Source of the DNA: Felis catus
Taxonomy: Eukaryota
Reading direction: 5' to 3'
DNA: 64,000 nt
Assembly: GCF_018350175.1 (NCBI RefSeq)
Contig: NC_058369.1
Location: 15,500,001 to 15,564,000 of the forward strand
Shown here: positions 48,702-61,291 of the stretch, piece by piece
How positions within the stretch are numbered: the stretch's first letter is position 1
Layout of the letters: every line of letters starts with the position of its first letter
Position numbers and translations under genes: made by a program
Notes under the pieces: generated by a model
Told to the model about the DNA's origin: nothing
What the model saw: the letters and a program-made list of their open reading frames with translations, nothing else
The model's database searches: none

Positions 48702-50645
48702 ATGGGCTTTTTTTAATGGAAGGTTTTCACTCTTGGAAATTCATTTCACTGTACTTCAGTTAAAGTTTTAATTTGTTGATCTCATTTCAGATGTGTCTGT
48801 CTAGACTGGAAATGTTATATATGATATTTTTCATATTCTTATAAAAATTGTCAAGTAGCAAGGTGTAACCAGCACTTCATGCTATCTTAAAGCCAACGTT
48901 GTCTTTTGTACTAAGAGCTTTTTTCTTGTTATAGACTCATATCTACAAATAAGAAAGACATTCATAATTTTTATTTTCATTCTGTATTCTGAATATTTGA
49001 TAAATCAGAGGTCTGTTTTATGTGGTCTTCATATTTGGGGGTATATATTTAGTAGGACGTGCTTTGGTTCCAGCACCTACCTATCAAAGCTAAATTGTTC
49101 AGATGGGGTACATGTGGCAAAGATACCAGTACCTTCCGTTGTATTATGTCTTTACAGTGTGAATTGAATACCTTTTCTGGGCCTGTGTCACCGTCCTGTC
49201 AAGAAAGTTTGCAACTTTTCTCCCTTCCCTCTTAAACGATGTTTTTGTTAATAGTAAAAAGTTGTCCCTTTTATTCTTTGCAAAGGTACTTCGCAAATGC
49301 CCGCTTAATTCTCGCTGTTCTGTGAGGTCGTGAGGGTCAGCGTTGGCGTCCCCAGGCTGGATGAAGGGTTGATGTCGCGGGGCGGCGATGGGTGGGGGCA
49401 GGGGGCTGGCGGCATTCACCCCAGGCGGAACAGTGACGATGGGAGTTACTGAGACCCACGTGGGCAGGACAGCAGAGGAGAGGCCGTCTGCCAGGAGGCG
49501 GTGAGGGGCCATAGTTACAGGGCGACTTGGGGGCGTACGGGGATGTGTGGAATTTTCCCTTTTTCCGTGGCCTTAGGCACTGTGCCTGGTTGTAAGTAGC
49601 CCATCGGTTACTGAGGGCCTACGGCTCTTTCCAGGTGGGTGGCTTCATAAACCTGTTTGCACCACCCGTCCGTCTTCCGCTGCTGGCCTCTGTGGGCCCT
49701 TTTGCCCTGTCAGGTGCCCCTTGCTCAAGCCTGTGGCCTGAAAGCAGCCCGGCCCGGACGGAGATGTCCTGTTGACAGAGATCCCTTGTCTTTGTTCACA
49801 GCCGCCAGGAGCGTTTTCACGTTTCATTTAATCCTCAGGAGGATTGATCATCTGCCCCGCATCCCCACCTTGGCCGAGTCACCCTAGATTTATTAATTTA
49901 TTTTTTATAGCGGTTCCCTCTCAAATCACCGAATTACTTCCTTGCGCACTGATTGTCTCCCATTAGAACGTAGGCTCTGTGAGTCAGGGACTCTGGACTG
50001 GTACCCAGAACAAGGGCTGGCAGGAGGTGGACACTCGGAACTTGGCCAGCATTACGTCGCTGGTAGCGGGCAGGGTCAGGGGCAGAACCGCTGTACTTTT
50101 GACTGCAGACCTTGAGGCCTTTTCAGTGCGATGCTCCTAACACAGTGCTCTTCTAAAGTGTTGAAGGTAGCGTTTCGATCAGAGGCTTACGGTCAGTTAT
50201 GTGAGTGCTGGTTTTTGATTGCCCATCCCGACGAGGCCTCCATGTGTGTGTTGACTGGCCGTGCTTCTGGGGGGTTGCTTTGCCACTACTGGGACGAGAA
50301 CAAGTCACAGGTAGTTCACTTGATGGGGAGGCAGCATTGGCAACAGACTGCTCCTTATCGGTGCTGGAATCATTGTTTTAAAAGTTAAGACCACAGAGGA
50401 GAGATTCTTTGTTGTTCCTCAGATACTGGAGGTGGGACAGGAGGTCTCAGGATAGCGACAGCAATTGTATGAAAGTATTTCACGGGGCTCTCTCAGGTCC
50501 TAAGCCTGTTTAAGCCTCAAAGAATGCGGTAGAACACCCGTGCTGCACGGGCAGTCACAGGGTTTAGTGGGTGGAGATTGGGGACTCTTAAGAGTGAGGC
50601 TCCGCAGAAAGGCATCTGCTTTGGAGACAGAACTTTCTTTGAAAG

Positions 50646-50681
50646 CTTTTTTTCTTCTTTTTCTAATGTTTATTTATTTTT

Positions 50682-50717
<36 letters not shown>

Positions 50718-50878
50718 AGGGGAGGGACAGAGAGAGGGAGGAGACACAGAATCTGAAGCAGGCTCCAGGCTCTGAGCTGTCAGCACAGAGCCCAATGCGG
50801 ATTTCGAACTCGCGAACCGTGAGATCATGACCTGAGCCGAAGTCGGACGCTTAACCACCTGAGCCATCCAGTCGCCCC
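50646..50878 (-). mobile_element. Can-SINE
   Basis: Full body; TSD TCTTTGAAAGCTTTT. Confidence 0.92.
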
Positions 50879-51914
50879 TCTTTGAAAGCTTTTATAAAGA
50901 AGTCTTGCTTTTGAGGTCTGTTTTTTTATTAATTTTTTCCCTATTTATTATTTTTACTCTGTTACCCACATCCTAGTCACTCGTGCTTGTGTAATACTTA
51001 CCACATGGTTAGGTCTTCAGTAAAGTTCTTGAATTACTCTTAGAGGGTGACTTACATTTGCACAAAACATCTGCAGGTAACGACTGGGGTGTTGGTTTTG
51101 TTTGGTTTAGTTTCGATGATTTAAGACTAGCTGACTACCCTGTGAGTAGATTGTCCGGCACTTTGTCATAGTCCTGTTGGTTGGTTTCAGGACTCTCACT
51201 TTTTTTTTGTTGTTTTGTTTTTAATAGCTTTATTGGAAGTACCAAGTTTCCTGACATATAGAGTAAATTCCATATATTTCAGGAGTACAGTTTGATCCGT
51301 TTGGACGTATTTTTACACCCACAAAACCATCCCCAGTCTGAAGATAACGGACACCTCCCTCACCCTGGAAAGTTTTCCTCGTGCCGGCTCCGCCTTCCTT
51401 TCCCCCTCCGTACGAGTCAAACCCACAACTCCCCTGAGACCCAGCCACATTCCACCTCTAGGCGGTCACCCAGGAGAAACAGAGGGGAGGACACGTCTGC
51501 CTTAGACTTGTAGTAGGATGTTCATGGAACCTTTGTTAATATCCCAAACTGGAAGCAGCTCAGATGTCCACCGGCAAGTGAATGGGTCAAGAAGCTGTGA
51601 TGTGTCCACCCACTGGAACGCTCTTCAGCATCAGGCCAAGGAAGGAACGGCTGTATTTCGTTTGAGTTGAAGACTGCCGTTTTTAAGGCAGATTTGTCTT
51701 CTTTGTTGCATTTTGCTTAATTTGTATTGAAATTGATTGATTTCCATTCCCTTAGCAACTCCCCCCCCCCCCCCCATCCAGTGGAGGAAACTAGCCTAAT
51801 ATTAAAAAGTTGGTTATAGATGAAGTATAAAAGGATGTAAGTTGTGTTTGGCTACTTAAAGGTTGAGAACTTGTAGTCAGTAATGGTCAGTACAGTTTCT
51901 GTAATCCCACATAG

Positions 51915-52620
51915 CTTTTTTTTTATATATATAAATTTTTTTTTTAATGTTTATTATTGAAAGTCAGAGAGAGTCAGAGCTGTGAGCAGGGGAGGGGCAG
52001 GGAGGGAGGGAGACACAGACTCCGAAGCAGGTTCCAGGCTCCAGGCTCCGAGCTGTCAGCACAGAGCCCGATGCAAGGCTCGAACTCACAAACCCCGAGA
52101 TCATGACCTGAGCCGAAGTTGGATGCTTAACCGACTGAGCCACCCAGGCACCCCATTTAATGTTTATTTATTTTGAGAGAGGGAGCATGCGAACAGGGGA
52201 GATGCAGGGAGAGCGAGAGAGAGAATCACAGTCCAGTGCGGGGCGCAAACCCACAACCGCGAGATCATGACCTGAGTTGCTATCAAGAGTTAGATGCTTT
52301 ACCAACTGAACCACTGATGTCAGTGATGGTTACATGGATTTGTATAAGATTTTTCACGGGCAGGGCAAGTGGAATAGAGGAAGTAGAATTTAAAAGGAAA
52401 GGAAAAGGGGTGCCTGGGTGGCTCAGTCGGTTAGGCATCCGGCTTTGGCTCAGGTCGGGATCTCACGGTTCACGGGTTCGAGCACAGAGCCCAATGTCGG
52501 GCTCTGTGCTGACGGCTTGGAGCCTGCTTCGGATTCTGTGTCCCCCTCTCTCTCTGCCCCTCCCCTACTCATGCTGTGTCTCTCTCTCTCTGCCAAAAAT
52601 AAACATTAAAAAAATTTTTT
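51915..52620. mobile_element. Can-SINE cluster: 51915-52154 and 52156-52316 (minus), 52407-52620 (plus)
   Basis: Three bodies, the last one inverted relative to the first two. Confidence 0.88.
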
Positions 52621-52639
52621 TAATGTGTTTCTTAGTATT

Positions 52640-52850
52640 TTTAGCTAATACGTCTTGCTTGCTAGGTGTCAGATGTAATTCTAAGTGCCTCTCACAGAAG
52701 CTCATTTTATCCTCACCCCAGTGTTGTTTGCTGTCTGATAGGATCCCTATTTTATGAATAAGGGAACCGAAGAACAGAGGGTGAGTAACTTGCCTGAGGT
52801 CACACAGCACACGGTCCGGTTCTGTAGACTGGTCCTGACTACCGTGCTAC
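52640..52850 (-). mobile_element. MIR
   Basis: CTCATTTTATCCTCAC..CCTATTTTATGAATAAGGGAACC..GAGTAACTTGCCTGAGGTCACACAGC. Confidence 0.75.
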
Positions 52851-53148
52851 ATTCTGCATCGTGATGGATATAATAAATTAGAATTTATTATGATTTTCTT
52901 GTGGGAGTCAAGCGGGGGTTCCCCCCCCCCCCCAACAAACCTCCTGAGCGTAATACACAAGGGAAAAGAGTTACACCTTATGTGTGAGGACAGCAGAACT
53001 GTTCTTCGGTAGCCGGGAAATCAGTGTGATGTCGGATGTAAGCACTGCTGAAATTCTTACAATAAGTAGCTTTTTAAAAAGTATTCCTATTTTTAGAAGT
53101 CTCCATTTTGTCTGGTTTAGGTATTTATGGCTTTACATTTCTTTTTAG

Positions 53149-53246
53149 GCACATCACACCTGAAAAATTTTATGTGGAAGCTTGTGATGACGGAGCGGAT
53201 GACGTACTTGTCATCGATCGCGTGTCCACAGAAGTCACCCTGTCAG
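53149..53246 (+). CDS. SACM1L: SACM1L exon 2: [32 protein letters not shown]
   Basis: TTTTTAG acceptor, GTATTT donor, 98 nt; matches the SAC1 N-terminus. Confidence 0.96.
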
Positions 53247-54234
53247 GTATTTCACAGCCAGGGGCAGAGGCGGCCGGCAGGACTTTGTACCCAAGTTGCC
53301 CGTGTGGTCATTAAAGTAAACGCCACAGGGGTGTGGCTCCTGGAGCTGCAGCGGCGTCTCACATTTTAACCCCTGCCACCTCGTTTGATTTTTATGCATT
53401 CATCTCGGGCTTCCTCCATTTCATGAAAAAGGAGGAATGGGCTTGAAAATTTTCCCGTCTGTAAGGCGTTAAAAACATAATTATCTCTTGACCCGTTCCC
53501 TCATCTGTGCTCTAACAGGATTGGTTTTGTTGATGTCTTACTTCCTTTCTAGCTGTAAGATTTAGGGTATTTGAGTGTAAGAAAGTTGTTTGAACATTAA
53601 GTGTGTGGAATTTTAACAGCTGCTTTTGATTTTGACAATATTCATGACTATGAGGATAATTCAGTAAGTGGAAAATTGTATATATATACGTACATATATA
53701 TATGTCTAGATATGTGTCACTGACTAAAACTCACATTTTAGGCAAGTAGTGTTCCTAAGCTGTATCTGTCTACATCTTGTCTCTCTCTCCAGTTATATTT
53801 TGGTTTTGGTTCTCCGGGGTGTTGAAAACAATTTTTTTTCCCGATTGTATGGAACACTGATTTCTGATCACATGCGAAATAATTTTGGTGACTAATGTAC
53901 CAGGTGGTATCACATTCAGAATGTCATATTTCAGTTGTTTAAATATTCACCTCTAGACAGAGTCCTCTGTATGTTTTTTAAGTGTGATATTTGAGTAACC
54001 AAAGAGTAAGCGTTCAGTAAACAGTATATATCCTTTGAGTGGAGAAAGTGAAATATGAAAATACAGAGGATAGTAAAGTTTAAGAAGGAGATGGCCATAA
54101 ATTTCTATTTCCTTGGTTACCTGGTTATTTTGATAAGTACCATCCATAGTTTTTCTTTGACCAGATGGAATTAGAGGTCTGTTTTCACTTGATAATTTGG
54201 CGTTACCTATGTCTATTAGCTGGTAGCTGCTTTC

Positions 54235-54296
54235 TTGAGAGAGTGTGAGCAGGGGAGAGAGGCAGAGGGGGAGAGGGAGGGAGGGAGGGAGGGAGG

Positions 54297-54346
<50 letters not shown>

Positions 54347-54468
54347 CTTAAGCAGGCTCCACAGTCAGCATGGAGCCCGATGTGGGGCTCGATCCCATGA
54401 CCCTGGCATCATGACCTGAGCTAAAACCAGGAGTGAGATACACAACTGACTGAGCCAGCCAGTCTCCC
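54235..54468 (-). mobile_element. Can-SINE with expanded (GGGA)n(GA)n
   Basis: Antisense body; purine repeat 54270-54343. Confidence 0.85.
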
Positions 54469-55922
54469 TTCAATTATTTTTGACCTTTCAGTGACATTTC
54501 TTTGTAGGTAGAGACCACAGACCCATTTGAGGGGTCAAAGCTGAAGGTCATGAATAGCTTGGACGTAGGAAGGACACCAAGGGGTCATCAGTAGACATGA
54601 GGAGATACTTGGACCGGAAGCCAGTGGTGATGAGGAGCTGACTCACTCACGCTCGCTCTGCTAGTTGTTTCCTGTTGTTTTGTTTTCTTTTTTTTTTAAC
54701 TTTTGGGAATCCAGACCATTGCCATGAAAAGAGGGGTTTGTTTGTTTTTTCCCTCCATGAAAAACTAACGTGTATTCTTGGGAATTACCTGTTTTATTGC
54801 TTTTGTACTCCAGTTAATGTAACTTAGAGCTCCATCAATCAATAGTACCTTAAGTTTATCAGATGATCTCTGTATATTCAGGATTTTCTCTAAGCTTTTC
54901 GGTGCGCTGCCCCATTTGTCATGTTTGGTTGTTGTGGCACTGCTGAGTAAATTGAATCACAGAGAAACAGAGGTGAATCTCAGACTTTATTCAGAATTAC
55001 TTTGTTCAGGATAACAGGACGCTGATTGGCAGCGGCGTCTCAGAATGAGTTAGTTCTAGGATGGTAATGAAACTAGGACTGGAGGAGACATTGGGCAGCC
55101 CCCCCATGGCCGGCCCTGAAGGAAGCTGGGAACAGCTGTGTTTCCCTGTAGGCCTCGCCTCCTTTGTTCGCCCCTGAAGTGTGAGTCTGGCAGAGGGAAG
55201 AGAGGTGGATGTGGCAAAGGCAGTCCTTTGATGGGACCGGAGGCCCGGCCTTCCCCGCTTCGGGGGCATTGTTCCCTAGACTTCTACAGGTGTGTTTTGT
55301 GAAACACCCAGGCTGAAAGTTGAATAATCATGAAATGAGCCCTATCATCGAAGATGCTCTTTTACTAATAAGGGCGTTATTGGTAAAGTCACGGTTAATG
55401 GTGGTGCCTCCCTGCGCACCTGTGTTTCCTTCCTCCCTTGTCCCCTTGTCCCTTGGGTCTCATCCACATTTGTAGAGGCGGACGGGCAGGCCTGTGCCTC
55501 CCATTAGTTTCATGTTGAGATTAAATTCATGCCCCCCCCCCCCATTAACTTTCTAACTCTCTTAAATAGACAGGGACTTAAGTTTCTGGCAAGAAGTTGA
55601 ATAAATTTGGTCGAAAAATGACCATAGAAGTATCCCACGATTTACCTGTTGGGGATCCTGAAGCATGTTACTTTGGGCACCTGACTCTAGACAGCAGAGG
55701 CCTTTACATGTCACATGGACATATGATTTCATATTTTGCCAACATGGAGGTCTAACACCGATGAAGGACTCCTGCTTCCTTAGCACAAATCATTGTGCTT
55801 AGGAATCCTTAGCACAATATTGATTGTGAAGTAACTTCTGAAATCAGATTAAATTTCCTTTTCTATCAGTGAGCTTTTTCTTTGTGATTTTTCTTTTCTT
55901 TTCTTTTTTTTTTCTTTTAAAG

Positions 55923-55997
55923 TCAAGAAAGATATTCCTCCTTCAGCTGTCACAAGACCAATATTCGGTATCCTGGGCACAATCCATCTGGTGGCAG
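55923..55997 (+). CDS. SACM1L: SACM1L exon 3: (V)[24 protein letters not shown]
   Basis: Long T tract + AAG acceptor, GTAAGA donor, 75 nt; SacN GILG motif. Confidence 0.96.
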
Positions 55998-57252
55998 GTA
56001 AGAACATCAGCTAAGACGGGCGGAGAAGGTAATTAAACTGACACGGTAGAAGACGAAGGCACGCTCCCGTTGTGCTCTAGGCAATAATGTAGGTCAGGTA
56101 TTTGTCATTAATTTCGAGAAGTGACATATTCCAAATGACAGGTGGTTACATTTATCAGCCAGAGGTTCTGCTAAACAGAACAAAACAAAACAAAACAACC
56201 CACCGGTTTTGTTTTTGCTTTTATTTCAACTAGAGTTGAAATCCTTAGTCATCTAGACCTTTCCTCGTAAATTCTAAGAGTACTTAAATAAGCATTTTCA
56301 TGTGCTGATGGACCAGAGTATTCTATACCATCAGTCCCATATCGAGGTTGAACATGACATAGTGCATGATGTTGGAGAATATTACTTGGTTCTGAGTTAC
56401 TAAGGAAAGTGATTTTGTTTACCTAAATGCCGTTTCATTGAATTTAAAAAAAAAAAAACTCCTATACTGTCAGGCAGCGTGCTAGAGGTTGAGTTAGAGA
56501 AGATGCTGGGCCCTTTTGTCCTGCAGTTTACAGTCTAGTGAGAGATGCATGTAAGTTGGGAATTAGCACAGTACAGCGTGACTGGTTGTGGGAGAGAGTT
56601 GTACAAGGAAGACTTCAGGAAGGGCACTTGTGGGTAGAGCCTTGAACAGGGCTTCAAAATTAATTTCATGGTAAAAGCTTAGTTTGTTTTATTTGCGGGA
56701 GGAGGAGGTGGCCGGGATCACGGCTGGGGTTCACGGTGCTGCGATGGCTTCTTAATTCTGGACAGTTCACCTTTGTGATGTTGCAGTGACTGATTATATT
56801 GCTCCAGTACGTTTCTCTGCCATTTATAATGACTTCAAGGAGATAGGGGTGGTATAGACGGGACGTTATCTATCCTGCTGTGGTCAGATCTCATGACCCA
56901 TGGTGTTTAGCTACGGACCGGGAAATACATTAACAGAAGCCTCTGTGCCTTGGGGATGGCGAGAGAGAGAAAGAAGTCTTTTACTCTCCATCTGTTAAGA
57001 TCACTGCCTTTGCTTTTATTTTTTTGAGAAACAGTTTGACCTTTCAGTAGGAACTTTTCTAAATAATGTGCTGTTCTTTCTAGTCACAAATCATAAGATC
57101 CCTTTTAAAAAAGTATGGGCTTTTTTATCTGTATGGCACAGTGAGGTCTCGCCCTGCCAGCCTTTAGAGTTTAAACAGTAAGGAGTAAGGCTACTTTTGG
57201 CTTTAGAGTTGCCTATTTTATACTTCTGTGTGTTTGGCTCTGCTTTTTGCAG

Positions 57253-57380
57253 GTAATTATCTAATTGTCATTACCAAAAAGACAAAAATAGGTGAATTTT
57301 TCAATCATGTAATCTGGAAAGCAACAGATTTTGACGTCCTTTCTTATAAGAAGACAATGTTGCACTTAACTGATATTCAG
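57253..57380 (+). CDS. SACM1L: SACM1L exon 4: (G)[42 protein letters not shown]
   Basis: TGCAG acceptor, GTAAGA donor, 128 nt. Confidence 0.96.
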
Positions 57381-57428
57381 GTAAGAACTGGACTCACTTA
57401 CTAATTGCAGAACCGGAAGCAGTACCAT

Positions 57429-57465
57429 GGGGGGGGAGGGGAGGGGAGGGGAGGGGAGGGGAGGG
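57429..57465 (+). repeat. (GGGGA)n G-rich tract
   Basis: G8 followed by AGGGG units, 48 nt after the exon 4 donor. Confidence 0.95.
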
Positions 57466-57839
57466 CAGAACAAAGGATTTTGATGGATTTCTGGTAAGCC
57501 TAATTATTTAAGCAGCGCAGAGAGCGAGGTTCCCCTACATAGCTTTATACCTAGCCATAAAATGTACTTTTTAAAAGTCCTTTGTATGTTTTATTGGTCT
57601 TTTTTTTTTTTAACTGACTCAAGCTCTTAAATTATGACCTTTCATATGTATAGAAAAGGACAAACAGAAAACGAATCTCTGTCCAACAGCCAGATTTAAC
57701 TTCATATCCTTTCTGCCAAGAAATAAAATATGAGATGCCTTTGAAGTTCCGCTCACTCCATTTCATTCCCTCTTTGTCCGGAGAAAGCTTTCTTTGCTTT
57801 TAACACACATGAATAGAAGTGTGTGTGTATATGCCCAAA

Positions 57840-58735
57840 CAGCCCCCCTTTGCGCGATTCCCGTATGCCCGGATTGCAGTTACTGTGGCGTAGGAATACA
57901 GCCCCCCAACAGCGCGGTATACATTTCAGTTACCTTGGTATATGAACGAACAGATTCTTCCGGCAAAGATGGGAGTGCAAAGAAACAAAAAGCGGCGACT
58001 CTAGAGGTGAATTTCGGGTTGAACATAAGAGGGGTGGAGAGGCTGTGGCTGACCCTGGGAACGCCGGCCCTTGAGGAGGCTCTCGGCGCACGGCCAGAAG
58101 TCTTAGTGAACGTGAACTTCTCCATGTTCACGGGGAAGCTGTTGTGAAGAAAAGGTTGAGGATGACCCAGAGGAAGCGATGCCGGCGAGAAACTTCACCC
58201 GGAAGGAACTCTCCGGGTGTCCCGTGACGTTGGGAGCGCAGGGATGAGGCGTGGGGAGCGGGCTCAGACTTGGAAAGGTGTAGGACGATTGACCAGGGGT
58301 AGAGGAGAGACTCTGCGTCATAGGTTTATGCGAAGAAGGTAAGCACCCTTCAAGCGACTCTTGATCAATGGTTTACAAGAAGGAAAACGTTTTTAATTTG
58401 CAGCGTTTCTAATGTTTTAAGTTACAGGGTAACTAACTCACCGTGTCGTGTCCCTGGAATTACTGCAACATTGTGTGTCCACTCTACTGGAAGTAGAACT
58501 TAAAAAATTAAAAATAAACAAATTACAGTGTACTAAATATTAGCTTCAATACTTTTTCATTTCCCTGTACATTTATAACTTAGAGAGTTTTTAATGTTTT
58601 GGTAAAAAACTTTTAAAGCTCACATCACAATTACAATTTTTCCCATTGATTATTACGATGGTTAAGGTGATCAACTTTAAGATCCCATGGTCATTCACAG
58701 TCCCACCCTCTCATGCAAAATCAAGATCGCCTGTA
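57840..58735 (+). mobile_element. TcMar-Tigger DNA transposon deletion derivative (Tigger6-like) with an internal L1 3' tail insertion (58437-58519)
   Basis: Decayed pogo-type transposase ends (SAKKQKAATLEV-like start, acidic C-terminal remnant); ATTTCAGTTACC repeats; terminal ..CGCCTG followed by TA. Confidence 0.7.
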
Positions 58736-60043
58736 TTCATATTCAAACAGTATTTTTGCTTGAAGTCTTTTTTAAAAATTACATGGGTGGTATCACCCTG
58801 TTCTAGTTCTTGAAAATTACTTTTTTAAGTCAGTCCTATGTTTAGAGATTGACACTGAGTGTTTGTCTTCTAACTATGATTTTATTTACAGTGTTTACTT
58901 TTTCAAAATTTTAACTTGTATTTTTAGTCCCAAGATTACAAAAATATTGGCTTCCAAAAGAAAACGTAGGATCCTAAAACATGTAACACGTAACTCTCCC
59001 ATAGTAGACATTTCTAAAAATGAGCCCCAGCACTTGCTGCCTTGTTGACCACATCAGACTGTAGGACATGCTCCTATACTACAAACTTAAAATTTCTTTT
59101 TTACTAAATATGTTAATATATATTGACATATTCATTTCCTGTAAGGCATGGTATTTAAGGCAATAACAATGATTGTATTTATTTAATAGCCCAATACCAT
59201 TGACTTGAACAATTTTTTCTTGTTGTTGTACTTGGTTGTCAGGCTGTGCAACTAATTTTCACATTGTTCACTGCATATAATTGGCTTATAACTTTTGTTC
59301 TTAAAAAAAAAAAAAAAAAAGGTGTGAGCCCAAATGAAAAATTCCGTAGCATGTAGGTTTGTAACATGCACATTAACGTGTTAATCGTTTGATCGTCCTC
59401 AAACATTACCGAACATCAGTTGTTTTGTGAAACAAGGATAAAAATAAACGTCAATCTGGATATTCATTGGGAAAGCCGGCTAAAATACTTATCAGAAAGT
59501 AAAGATCAGTCTTATTTTTACTGGACATTTCTTTTTCAAATCTTTGCATTAAAAAAAAAAGAATTTCATTCCCTTCCAGCCCAGTGAAGTTTCATAGGAA
59601 CGAGGACGGTATTATTCCCTTGTTATTTACTCGCTGTGTTATCTGGCCTCGTGAGTTTATGTTTTTCATTTGTCAAATGAGGGTAATAACACTAGCCCAG
59701 CAGGGGTGTTACGAAGAGGGAAGAATCTGTCTCCAAAAAGTCTGGCAGGAGGTCATAACCTGAGGCGGTGGTGTTGTGTTAAAATAACTTGTGCCCTTTA
59801 GAGTAAAGACTGAAGGATACCGAGGGCAGGAGTTCGACCCAGTCATCTAAGGTAACAACACCCTATGCTGTTTATCGAACTTCCTCCGTGTCAGGAAGTG
59901 GCCTCAGTCCTGGGGGACGGTGAGCATCGTCCTCCCTGCCAGTCCTTATGCCGGCGACGGTTAACAGGGCCGCACTTAATGTTTCTGGCAGATTCCTTTT
60001 CAAGTATGAGACAGACTGATCTAGTTCTCCCTTTTGTTTATAG

Positions 60044-60193
60044 TTACAAGATAATAAAACTTTCCTAGCGATGTTAAACCATGTCCTGAATGTGGATGGG
60101 TTTTACTTCTCAACGACATATGATTTGACCCACACCTTGCAGCGGCTGTCCAACACGAGCCCAGAATTCCAAGAGATGAGTCTTTTGGAAAGG
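60044..60193 (+). CDS. SACM1L: SACM1L exon 5: [50 protein letters not shown]
   Basis: TATAG acceptor, GTAAGC donor, 150 nt; hallmark Sac-domain motif FYFSxxYDLTxxLQR. Confidence 0.97.
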
Positions 60194-60269
60194 GTAAGCT
60201 TTGTCTTCAGTTATTTTTACTTATTTTAGGGTTCTTAAAAATGTGTGTATTTTTATTTTTTGCGTTCTT

Positions 60270-60456
60270 CTCTTTTTTAAAAAATGTTTGAGAGAGAGAA
60301 AGTGAGTACAAGTGGGGGAGGGGCAGAGAGAGAGAGAGAAACTTCCAGCTAACAGTGCAGAGCCCCACAGAGGGCTAGGTTCCATGATCCTGGGATCGTG
60401 GCCTGAGCTGAAATCAAGAGCCACATGCTCAACCAGCTGAGTCACTCAGGTGCCCC
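60270..60456 (-). mobile_element. Can-SINE (older subfamily)
   Basis: Antisense body. Confidence 0.82.
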
Positions 60457-60889
60457 TTGGGGTGTTTTTTTTTTTAAGGGGCATATCTCTATTTCATCCA
60501 TAAAAATGTTTATCGATTTTTCTCAATCCTGGCTGTGTCAGGATCCTGTGTGGGGTTGAAAACATAGCACGTTCTCGGTATCCATCACAATAGCAAAGTC
60601 GGGCTCCCAGAATCTGAACGTGTTACGCAGACAGGATTGAGAACCACCGGTGTAAAGTATTCAGAAATCCAGTCTAAACAGACATGTTGGTAGTTTCCTG
60701 GCTCTCAGTGTTGGGTAGTAGAACGGTTGTTCATGTTAACAACATAATTATATTACAAAGTTAATGTTCCAGCAGGCAGTGTTCTTTCTGCAGTGGTGTC
60801 ATTTGCAGTTTTTGCAACTAAAAAAGTAAGAACTTACTGATTTAAGAGCTTGAAAAATACCTTTTTAAGGTGTTTTTTTGTTGTTTTGC

Positions 60890-60944
60890 CTTTTTAAAAA
60901 AAATTCTTTTTTAATGTTTGTTTTGAGAGTGCATACATGGGGGG

Positions 60945-60983
<39 letters not shown>

Positions 60984-61111
60984 TCCCAGGCAGGCTCTGT
61001 GCTTTCCACATAGAGCCTGACGTGGGGCTTGATCCCACGAATCATGAGATCATGACCTGAGCCAGAATCGAGAGTCGGACACTTAACCGACTGAGCCACC
61101 CAGGCGCGCCC
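60890..61111 (-). mobile_element. Can-SINE
   Basis: Antisense body. Confidence 0.88.
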
Positions 61112-61291
61112 TGCCTTTAATTTTTTAACCTGAGTGTATCTTTAAAAGTAGGTCTCAAATGATATCAACCTAAAATTCCTGCTCTTCAGGAACCTGGATA
61201 ATTGCTGCCTTGATTTTTTTTTTTTTTTTATTAATGAACCTTAGATGTGTTTAGGGAGCAGACAGAATTTAAAAGGTTGCTGTCTTACCTG

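Noticed and set aside
26195-53246. LIMD1-SACM1L read-through fusion protein
   Set aside because: The usual route (LIMD1 exon 7, phase 0, to SACM1L exon 2, phase 2) is out of frame. Only exon 5 is phase-compatible, and there is no transcript evidence.
57794-58147. 117-aa ORF with transposase-like residues
   Set aside because: Decayed, internally deleted Tigger; no intact DNA-binding or DDE domain
4957-61111. tRNA-like A/B boxes and regularly recurring repeats, suggesting extra tRNA genes or a CRISPR-like array
   Set aside because: These are heads of tRNA-derived SINEs, dispersed and with TSDs; no cloverleaf, no spacer array, mammalian context
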